Below, one piece after another: positions 8,744 to 15,707 of a DNA stretch of 38,221 nt. Under the pieces are notes generated by a model that did no database searches, had not been told where the DNA came from, and saw only the letters and a program-made list of their open reading frames with translations. Both the position numbers and the translations under genes were made by a program. This DNA comes from an uncultured Gammaproteobacteria bacterium (GTDB taxonomy: Bacteria > Patescibacteriota > Patescibacteriia > 2-01-FULL-39-33), in contig CAZNIV010000005.1 in assembly GCA_964573235.1 (NCBI GenBank), forward strand, positions 1 through 38,221, read 5' to 3'. The first letter of the stretch is position 1, and every line of letters starts with the position of its first letter.

Positions 8744-10423
8744 ATGAGTATCTGGTCAAAACTTTCTTCCTGGCTAGACGCCATCCGCGGTAATCAAAAA
8801 ACGCAACAGTATCGTCCAAGGCCTATGGCCAGTAAAACGGTTGAACGAAAAACCAGCCTCGACCCCATTCCCAAAATGGAAAAAGCGGAACCGACATCAA
8901 GAGAAGAGCAGACTGTCAAAGCTATTTTGGAAACAATCGGCGACGACAACGAAGATTTGGTTAGAAGGGTTTTGGGAAATAAACCGTCCAGGCCCGGAAC
9001 GCCAAGTCTCCGCGAAAAATTCTTCGCGGCCACCACTGTCGAGGAATTACTTGAGATCCGAAAAAAGGTTCAGCTGGAAAGCGAACTGGAACGTCAAGTC
9101 AATCAAAAAATTGACGACCTGCTCCGGCGCGAACTGGAACAATCATCATCAATCGACGAATGTCTGGATGTTTACGAAAAATCACCGCCCAAAAGCGCGA
9201 TCGAGAAATTGGCCGCCGAAAAAATTCTCAGCCTAATTCAGGATGAGAATGACTGCCAAGAAGTTATTGACGAAAGTCCGTCGAACAGTTGGCTGGAAAC
9301 CCAAGCCAAGCAAAAGAAAAAAAAGCTGCTTCTGGAAAAAATCCGCACTGCCACCAACATCGATGACCTGATGGAAATCGATCTGAAAGGTTTTACGGAT
9401 GACCCGGAAATCAATCAGCAATTCAACGCTCAAGTTTTGGCTTTGACCAAGACCACTAAAGATTGCCTAAGCATCTGCGAAGATCATGATCTGAGCGACG
9501 AGCTGAAACTGCAATTACTGACCAAGGCGCTTGAGCTGACCGTCGGTGAAGATGAGTGCGTGGAAATTTTCCAAAACACCGACGATGATTCGCTACAAGA
9601 AAAAGCGGCCATGCGAGCTATCACCATCGCCGAAACCGTAGAAGATCGTTTATCGGCCATCGAAGAAATGTCGATGGATGAAGACTTGAAAGAAAAGTTA
9701 CTGCAAGCAATTTTGGCTACCGCCGAAACTCCTGAAGACTGCCACCGCGTGTTTTTAGCGGCGACATCCGACAGTGAAATCGAAAAGCAAGCGATCAAAA
9801 AAGCCACTGGCCTGGTCAATTCCTTCAGTGAGTGCGAAAAAATCTTTGATGATCAGCTTCACTGGGACGAGGTTCTGGAAAGGCTACTGGAACTGGCCAC
9901 CAACGAAGATGAATACCTGGTCGTCATCGAACAGGCTGAGGGTGAATACGGGAATGATGAAATAGCACAAAAGGCGTATGAGAAATTACTGACCGTGGTC
10001 AACAATTTCGAAAAATGCCAAAAGTACTACTACAACTGCCCCGACGAGCTCAAGCCATGGTTTTTGGAAAAAGCGCTAACCCTGGTTGCCATCATTGAAG
10101 ATTGCAACTGGGTCCATGAGGAATCCGAAAGTGACAGCGATTTGGAAAAATTGGCCGGCGATAAACTCGACGCCATGATTCTGGGAGAACTGCCCACCGC
10201 TAATTCCTTTGACGAATGCCTGGATCTTTTTGAAACCACTCTCACTGATGGTCCAGCAGAATGGCCGACATTCGAAAAAGCACTAGCCCTGACGACAACC
10301 GTCAAGCAATGTGCTCGGCTTTACCAAGTTGCGACCAACTACTACGAAGATCATCAGGAAATGGCCCATCGCTGTATCCGAAAAATGGCGGAAATTATCC
10401 GAATGCAAGGCTTTCGGAATTAA
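8744..10423 (+). CDS. Highly acidic helical-repeat protein with about 13 tandem ~31-residue repeats, each bearing a conserved [DE]-[DE]-C-x-x-[IVL]-[FY] motif. Function unknown.
   Basis: 559 aa and very D/E-rich. Cys at 140, 171, 241, 272, 333, 364, 425, 454, 492 and 523, mostly spaced 29-31 residues apart (two larger steps, 70 and 61, are about two units each). The repeat-opening motifs are IDECLDVY, ENDCQEVI, TKDCLSIC, EDECVEIF, PEDCHRVF, FSECEKIF, FEKCQKYY, IEDCNWVH, FDECLDLF and VKQCARLY. The tails are helix-like (EKALALT, EKLLQAILATA). Degenerate units lack the Cys (VEDRLSAIEE, NEDEYLVVIE). Confidence 0.6.
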   Translation: MSIWSKLSSWLDAIRGNQKTQQYRPRPMASKTVERKTSLDPIPKMEKAEPTSREEQTVKAILETIGDDNEDLVRRVLGNKPSRPGTPSLREKFFAATTVEELLEIRKKVQLESELERQVNQKIDDLLRRELEQSSSIDECLDVYEKSPPKSAIEKLAAEKILSLIQDENDCQEVIDESPSNSWLETQAKQKKKKLLLEKIRTATNIDDLMEIDLKGFTDDPEINQQFNAQVLALTKTTKDCLSICEDHDLSDELKLQLLTKALELTVGEDECVEIFQNTDDDSLQEKAAMRAITIAETVEDRLSAIEEMSMDEDLKEKLLQAILATAETPEDCHRVFLAATSDSEIEKQAIKKATGLVNSFSECEKIFDDQLHWDEVLERLLELATNEDEYLVVIEQAEGEYGNDEIAQKAYEKLLTVVNNFEKCQKYYYNCPDELKPWFLEKALTLVAIIEDCNWVHEESESDSDLEKLAGDKLDAMILGELPTANSFDECLDLFETTLTDGPAEWPTFEKALALTTTVKQCARLYQVATNYYEDHQEMAHRCIRKMAEIIRMQGFRN

Positions 10424-10446
10424 TATTCGCCCAACACCGCCCCACA

Positions 10447-10485
10447 GAGGACTAGCGCATCGACGCTATCCTCTTTTTTATTTTT
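10447..10485 (+). terminator. Rho-independent terminator for the acidic-protein gene
   Basis: GAGGA(c)TAGCG-catcga-CGCTATCCTC stem followed by TTTTTTATTTTT. Confidence 0.65.
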
Positions 10486-10516
10486 CCAAAATAAAAAGCG
10501 GATCCCAATGATCCGC
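10486..10516 (-). terminator. Rho-independent terminator for the convergent 219-aa gene
   Basis: Perfect inverted repeat GCGGATC-ccaat-GATCCGC (10498-10516). On the minus strand it is followed by TTTTTATTTTGG. Confidence 0.65.
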
Positions 10517-10523
10517 AAAACTT

Positions 10524-11183
10524 TCAACCTTCCAAATTAAATTCCAATTGCTCAGATCGCCCAACGCGCGCCCAGCAAGAAGGAAAGGAGATTCCTGGCA
10601 ACACCTGATCCAGCCTTTTCTCCTCCATTAGTGGAGCATCGTAGTGTGTTAAGCCAATAACCGGGAAACAATCTTCTCGTCCTCTCACCATCGAACCAAT
10701 TGCCCCCGTACCCAGCCAATTTGGCTGAGCGGTAAACAAATAATGATATTGAGTGGCTAAAGCAATATTTTCAGCACAAGTCAGTGGATAGCCCTGACAT
10801 TTAGCAATAGCCATGACTCCTGACTGAGCCTGACCGGAATCATTGGCCACCAATTCAAACCCGGTTCTCACCTTGATGGCAAAATAAGGTTCTACTGACA
10901 CCAAGTACCGATCAGTTACATCACCTTGTTTAATGTAACTATTACCACCCATACCACTGCGATAAACCGTTTGCATTTGCACGGCAGGACCGAATATTGA
11001 GAGTGGCACCACTGCCAGTAAGGGTATTTCCCCTTCAGTAAACTGCAAACTCTCGGCGCGAAAAACAGCTGCCGACATAACCTGGCGCAAACCATCAATA
11101 TGCCGACCATAACTGGTGTGCTCACGCAGATAATCAATCTGCGTCGTTGCTACTTTTTGTAGCTCTACTGACGAAAAACGCAT
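10524..11183 (-). CDS. Hypothetical protein (219 aa) encoded in the GC-rich island. No family recognised.
   Basis: GC-rich ORF with a strong RBS (AAAGGAG, 7 nt before the ATG) and its own terminator. Contains a conserved-looking Cys (IAKCQGY) and His (LTHYDAP), but I cannot assign a fold. Confidence 0.5.
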   Translation of the reverse strand: MRFSSVELQKVATTQIDYLREHTSYGRHIDGLRQVMSAAVFRAESLQFTEGEIPLLAVVPLSIFGPAVQMQTVYRSGMGGNSYIKQGDVTDRYLVSVEPYFAIKVRTGFELVANDSGQAQSGVMAIAKCQGYPLTCAENIALATQYHYLFTAQPNWLGTGAIGSMVRGREDCFPVIGLTHYDAPLMEEKRLDQVLPGISFPSCWARVGRSEQLEFNLEG

Positions 11184-11282
11184 GATTGACTCCTTTCTAA
11201 ACTGATTTCAATTTAAGGTGCATCATTAACTGATAATTCAAACTAACAAAAATCAAAATATTTAGCAAATATCCCAAAAACA

Positions 11283-11310
11283 AAAAACCGCAGGGGTTAA
11301 CCGACGACTT
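11283..11310. repeat. Copy A of a ~28-bp direct repeat (aaaaccgc[a/c]ggggttaaccgacga[c/t]ttt) flanking the GNAT gene
   Basis: Matches 11873-11900 at about 25 of 28 positions. On the minus strand both copies read as a GC-rich segment followed by a T-run, i.e. terminator-like, and each sits downstream of a minus-strand gene. Confidence 0.6.
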
Positions 11311-11321
11311 TTAACTCATAG

Positions 11322-11789
11322 CTATATCTTTTTAAACCAAACAGTGGCTTCTTTTTTAAAATCTAAGTTTTGCCAAACATTTTCAGCCAATTCATTTCCT
11401 ACGAGTGTTTTTAATTCTAAATAATTTATTCTTTTAGCCTTACAATACTCTATAACACATTCTAACAACTCTTTCGCCACACCCTTACCGCGCCAATTAT
11501 TATCTACACCGCATTCATCAACATAACAATATCTTCTTATTTTAAACCAAGCTATATTTTTAACAATCGAAAATGCAATATACCCTATTATTTTATCATT
11601 CTCTACGGCAACATAAGTATTGGTTTTTTTATCTTTTATTGTCAGTCTAGCGTCTTTAATACTATTCTTTAGATTAGTATCTACTGAGCACTCAAAAAGA
11701 GGGGTCGGGTCTTTGTGATATTCCCAAAATTGAACGTATAATTCCGCTAAACCTTTTGTATCTTTTATGGTAGCTTTTCTTATCTTCAT
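11322..11789 (-). CDS. GNAT family N-acetyltransferase
   Basis: 155 aa with acetyl-CoA motif A (CYVDECGVDNNWRGKGVAKELL), i.e. Q/R-x-x-G-x-G/A. Confidence 0.8.
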   Translation of the reverse strand: MKIRKATIKDTKGLAELYVQFWEYHKDPTPLFECSVDTNLKNSIKDARLTIKDKKTNTYVAVENDKIIGYIAFSIVKNIAWFKIRRYCYVDECGVDNNWRGKGVAKELLECVIEYCKAKRINYLELKTLVGNELAENVWQNLDFKKEATVWFKKI

Positions 11790-11872
11790 TTTTTTAAACT
11801 ATTTATATTCGCTAACTAATATTCCTTTAATCTTACTTCCCCAAAATACAAATGTCAAACTATTAAATACAA

Positions 11873-11900
11873 AAAAACCGCCGGGGTTAACCGACGATTT
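11873..11900. repeat. Copy B of the direct repeat, immediately downstream of ileS
   Basis: See copy A. Confidence 0.6.
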
Positions 11901-11916
11901 TTTATCAGAAAAAATA

Positions 11917-14772
11917 TTAAATTTTCTCTACTTTCAATTTAACTTCTTCGCCATTAACTTCTACTATTTCACCCTCATCGGCATTTTCCATTTTTTCCGT
12001 TAATGTTGATTTCATCAATTCATTTTTAAGCTTATTATCCGCCAATAATTTTTGGATAATATCTCCCTGACTATGCCATTGCACCTTTACTTTATCTCCC
12101 AAAGTTAAACCTTGCTTTTTGCGCATATCATTAATGGCGCGAACCATTTCGCGCAAGGCCGCGGCAATTTTCAACTCCTCAGTAATTACTAAATCCAACT
12201 CCACTTTAATTTCCGCGCTCTTAGCAAATTCCACTTTAAGCACATTAACTTCATCAGCGATCAACTGCGCCAAAGACGCATCTAAATCATAACCAAAAGC
12301 GATTAACTTACCAAGCGGTTGGCGAATCTTCATGCCATTTTTAGCGCGCTCGGCTAAACCTAATTCCACAATTTTACGCACCTGATCCATTTGTTCCACC
12401 GTTTTCTTTTCTTCAGAAGTTAATTCTTTAGCTTCCGGCCAAGTAGCCAAATGCACCGAAGTTTTATCACCACCAACGGCCAAATAAATGTAATCAGCAA
12501 TAAATGGCATAAACGGCGCCATCACCTTAGACAATTCCAACAATACTGTACGGAAAGTCGCCAAAGCTTGTTGTTTATCTTGCTCGTTTTCACTCTTAAA
12601 GCGATCGCGAGAACGACGCAACCACCAAGTAGAAAATTCATCAATAAAATTCTGAATTGGACGAGAGGCTCGAGGCAAGTCATATTTCTCCATGGCATTC
12701 GTCACTTCAGAAATCAAAGCACACAACTTAGCGATTAACCATTGATCCAAAACATTTTTACTATTCATCATTAATTCCGTTTTACCTTCATCATACAACT
12801 GATAAAAATTCAAAATATTTTGTAGTAACATGATATTCTTTTGCAACGCTTCTTTCACGCCAGCCTCGGCAAAATTTAAATTTTCAGCCGATACCACTGG
12901 CGAAGACAACAAATAATAACGCATCGCATCAGCGCCATATTTTTCCATTACAATTTCTGGATCAGGATAATTCTTTAAGCGCTTAGACATCTTTTTGCCG
13001 TCCTCAGCCAACACGGTGCCGTTAACAATCACGTTTTTAAACGCCACTTTATTATTGATAGCAGTTGAGATGACATGCAAATAATAAAACCAAGCGCGAG
13101 TCTGATCAATACCTTCAGCAATAAATTGTGCCGGAAACTTTTTAGCAAATTTTTCTTGATTTTCAAACGGATAATGTTCTTGGGCAAACGGCATCGAACC
13201 GGATTCAAACCAACAATCCAACACATCAGGAATGCGTTTCATTATGCCCGAACACTTTGGACAAGTTACCGCAACATGATCAATCTTATGCTTATGCAAA
13301 TCGGTAATTTTTTCCCCGCTATCTTTTTCTAAATCAGCAATAGCGCCATAAACTTTTAACTCACCGCAACTACACTTCCAAATTGGCATACATGACGCCC
13401 AAAAACGCTGACGAGAAATAGACCAGTCGCGCGCGCCAGCTAACCAATGACCAAAACGACCTTCTTTAATATGTTCTGGCGACCAATTAATCTCTTGTGC
13501 CAACTCCAGCGCCTTTTCTTTAACTGAGGTTACTTTAACAAACCAAGAAGAAGTAGCATAATTGATGAGCGGAGTATCACAGCGCCAGCAATGCGGGTAG
13601 CTGTGCTCATATTTTTCTTTAGTAAACAATAAATTTTTACCGGCTAAATATTTAATCACGGCCACATCAGTTTGCTGAGTGTCTTCAGCTGGTTTTACAT
13701 TAGCGCCCGGAAAATCCACCACCTCAGCAGTAAAATGGCCACTCATCGTCACGTTTTGAATAAATGGCAAATTCTTTTCTTTACCTAACAACATATCTTC
13801 TTCACCAAAAGCCGGGGCAATATGCACCACTCCAGTACCATCAGAAGTAGTGACAAAATTAGCGCTCACTACTGTGTACAAATTTTCGCGATTGGGTGTC
13901 GTTTCATTTAAATAATAAGAAAATAAAGGATGATATTTGCGACCCACTAATTTATCGGCCGTCAATTCTTCGATTACGGTATAATCGCCTTTGATAATTT
14001 CTAATCTCGCTTTAGCTAAGATAAAATATTCATCATCTTTTTTAATTTTGACATATTCAATCTCTTCTCCCACTGCCAAAGCCACATTGGCTGGCAAGGT
14101 CCAAGGAGTAGTCGTCCAAGCTAAAATAAAAGTACCGGATTCACCCACTAGTTCAAACTTAGCGGTCGCGGATAAATCTTTAATATCACGATAACCTTCG
14201 CTCACTTCTTGTTGTGACAAAGTAGTTTCACAGCGCGGACAAACATGCATTGATTTATAGCCTTCATAAACCAAGCCTTTGTCCCATAATTGCTTAAAAG
14301 TCCACCAAACACTTTCCATGTAATCTTGATCCATGGTTTTATAAGCATTTTCCATATCCGCCCAACGACCAAAACGTTTCATGGTCTTCTTCCACTCTTC
14401 CACATAAGTTAAAACCCGACTTCGACAAAGTTCATTAAATTTGGCCACGCCAATTTCTTCAATATCTTTTTTACTTTTCAAATCTAATTCTTTTTCCACG
14501 ATATTTTCAATTGGCAAGCCATGACAATCCCAACCCCAACGACGCTCTACAAAATGGCCCTTCATCGTCCAATATCTTGGCACGACATCTTTCATCACTG
14601 AAGCTACTAAATGGCCGTAGTGTGGCGTGCCCGTAGCAAATGGCGGACCATCATAAAAAGAATAGCGTGGGCCATTTTTGGTTTGCTCCAAAGAAGCTTC
14701 AAAAACCTTTTGATCTTCCCAAAGTTTTTGTGTCGCTTTTTCGCGATCATTGATGGATAATTTTTCTGCCAT
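11917..14772 (-). CDS. ileS: Isoleucyl-tRNA synthetase
   Basis: 951 aa. Class I motifs PHYGHL (HIGH) and KMSKR (KMSKS), the IleRS-specific GWDCHGLPIE, an editing (CP1) domain and Zn-finger-like CPRC...CWRC / CSCG...CPKC clusters. Confidence 0.92.
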   Translation of the reverse strand: MAEKLSINDREKATQKLWEDQKVFEASLEQTKNGPRYSFYDGPPFATGTPHYGHLVASVMKDVVPRYWTMKGHFVERRWGWDCHGLPIENIVEKELDLKSKKDIEEIGVAKFNELCRSRVLTYVEEWKKTMKRFGRWADMENAYKTMDQDYMESVWWTFKQLWDKGLVYEGYKSMHVCPRCETTLSQQEVSEGYRDIKDLSATAKFELVGESGTFILAWTTTPWTLPANVALAVGEEIEYVKIKKDDEYFILAKARLEIIKGDYTVIEELTADKLVGRKYHPLFSYYLNETTPNRENLYTVVSANFVTTSDGTGVVHIAPAFGEEDMLLGKEKNLPFIQNVTMSGHFTAEVVDFPGANVKPAEDTQQTDVAVIKYLAGKNLLFTKEKYEHSYPHCWRCDTPLINYATSSWFVKVTSVKEKALELAQEINWSPEHIKEGRFGHWLAGARDWSISRQRFWASCMPIWKCSCGELKVYGAIADLEKDSGEKITDLHKHKIDHVAVTCPKCSGIMKRIPDVLDCWFESGSMPFAQEHYPFENQEKFAKKFPAQFIAEGIDQTRAWFYYLHVISTAINNKVAFKNVIVNGTVLAEDGKKMSKRLKNYPDPEIVMEKYGADAMRYYLLSSPVVSAENLNFAEAGVKEALQKNIMLLQNILNFYQLYDEGKTELMMNSKNVLDQWLIAKLCALISEVTNAMEKYDLPRASRPIQNFIDEFSTWWLRRSRDRFKSENEQDKQQALATFRTVLLELSKVMAPFMPFIADYIYLAVGGDKTSVHLATWPEAKELTSEEKKTVEQMDQVRKIVELGLAERAKNGMKIRQPLGKLIAFGYDLDASLAQLIADEVNVLKVEFAKSAEIKVELDLVITEELKIAAALREMVRAINDMRKKQGLTLGDKVKVQWHSQGDIIQKLLADNKLKNELMKSTLTEKMENADEGEIVEVNGEEVKLKVEKI

Positions 14773-14797
14773 ATGTTTGTTTAAATTAATTTTGGAA

Positions 14798-14990
14798 ATA
14801 AAAAAACCGAGCCTGTGCCAAGAGCCCTTGCGGGCGGTACCATCTCGGAATTATACTTTTACTTTACCACAAAAGCAATAAAGTTAGGGTGATAACGGGC
14901 CCATCCGGCTAAGTCTACTTGTCTTGCGACTTTCTTTTAGCAGCTTTCCTGGTGATTGCCAGGATCTACGCTTTGTTTAATTGTGCCTTA
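14798..14990 (-). promoter_or_regulatory. T-box riboswitch-like leader of ileS (Ile specifier)
   Basis: Minus-strand RNA contains the specifier-like GCAAUCACC (AUC + A; plus 14953-14957), the F-box CCGUUA (plus 14894-14899) and the T-box core AAUUCCGAGAUGGUACCGCC (compare AAUUAGGGUGGNACCGCG). These are followed by a long hairpin CCGAG...CUCGG (plus 14807-14848) and a U7 tract. Confidence 0.6.
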
Positions 14991-15019
14991 AATATAGCAA
15001 GAATACGGCTATCCGTCAA
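14991..15019 (-). promoter_or_regulatory. Sigma70-like promoter for the ileS leader (TTGACG, 17-nt spacer, TATATT)
   Basis: Read on the minus strand: TTGACGGATAGCCGTATTCTTGCTATATT. Confidence 0.5.
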
Positions 15020-15020
15020 T

Positions 15021-15059
15021 AAATAAAAATAAAAAATAGAGCCCCAATTGAGACTCTAT
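15021..15059 (-). terminator. Rho-independent terminator after the ferredoxin gene
   Basis: Minus strand ATAGAG-tctcaattgggg-CTCTAT followed by TTTTTTATTTTTATTT. Confidence 0.5.
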
Positions 15060-15085
15060 CCTATAAATAAAAAATCTAAATTTAC

Positions 15086-15280
15086 TTATTTTTCCCACTC
15101 AATCGCCTGAACTGGGCAAGCAGCTATTGCTTCGTCAATTTGACCCTTTAATGCTTCATAATTAGCTGACTGCGGATTAGCTTTCATGGCACCACCGACT
15201 TCTTCTACCTTAAATACCTCTGGACAAACCGCCTCGCAAGTACCACAAGCGATGCAATTTTCGTTAACTTTTGGTTTCAT
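15086..15280 (-). CDS. 4Fe-4S ferredoxin (single-cluster, small)
   Basis: 64 aa with CIACGTCEAVCP plus a distal CP (AIAACPVQA), the classic Cx2Cx2Cx3CP...CP pattern. Confidence 0.85.
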   Translation of the reverse strand: MKPKVNENCIACGTCEAVCPEVFKVEEVGGAMKANPQSANYEALKGQIDEAIAACPVQAIEWEK

Positions 15281-15288
15281 AAATTTGA

Positions 15289-15672
15289 TTATTTTTTAAT
15301 CTTTAAAATTTCTCTAACTTTATCTACTAACAAACTTGGCGTGTAATCGGTTTTAATTATATAACCATCAACACCCTTAGCTATCGCCTTTTCAATTTCT
15401 TTCTTCTGTGTCAAATTACTCCAAGCGTAAATTAATGTACCATTAACTTCTTTATCAGCCCGAATTTTTTCAATTGCCGTATAGCCATCCATGTCCGGCA
15501 TATACATATCCAAAAATACCAAATCCGGCCTACCCTCTTTTACTGCCCTAACACCTTCGATACCATTAGTAGCCACTATCACCTCAAAGCCTTCACTAAT
15601 TAATTTCATGCTAAAAATTGCTACCAAATCAGGTTCATCTTCTACTAATAAAATCTTATATGTTTTTGCCAT
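15289..15672 (-). CDS. Stand-alone response-regulator receiver domain protein (CheY-like)
   Basis: 127 aa with LLVEDE (acidic pocket), the phospho-acceptor D in LVFLDMYMPDMDG, and a conserved T/S and K (AWSN...K). Confidence 0.85.
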   Translation of the reverse strand: MAKTYKILLVEDEPDLVAIFSMKLISEGFEVIVATNGIEGVRAVKEGRPDLVFLDMYMPDMDGYTAIEKIRADKEVNGTLIYAWSNLTQKKEIEKAIAKGVDGYIIKTDYTPSLLVDKVREILKIKK

Positions 15673-15707
15673 ATTTTTATAGCGAATTAACTCACTACCC
15701 TATTTTA

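Noticed and set aside
8794-10511. Overlapping ORFs within or across the acidic repeat-protein gene (8794..9036-, 8841..9236+, 9233..9433-, 9484..9819-, 9774..9965+, 10030..10305-, 10261..10455+, 10311..10511+)
   Set aside because: These are alternative-frame or antisense readings of the highly periodic acidic gene. They have no RBS, and several run through the mapped terminators.
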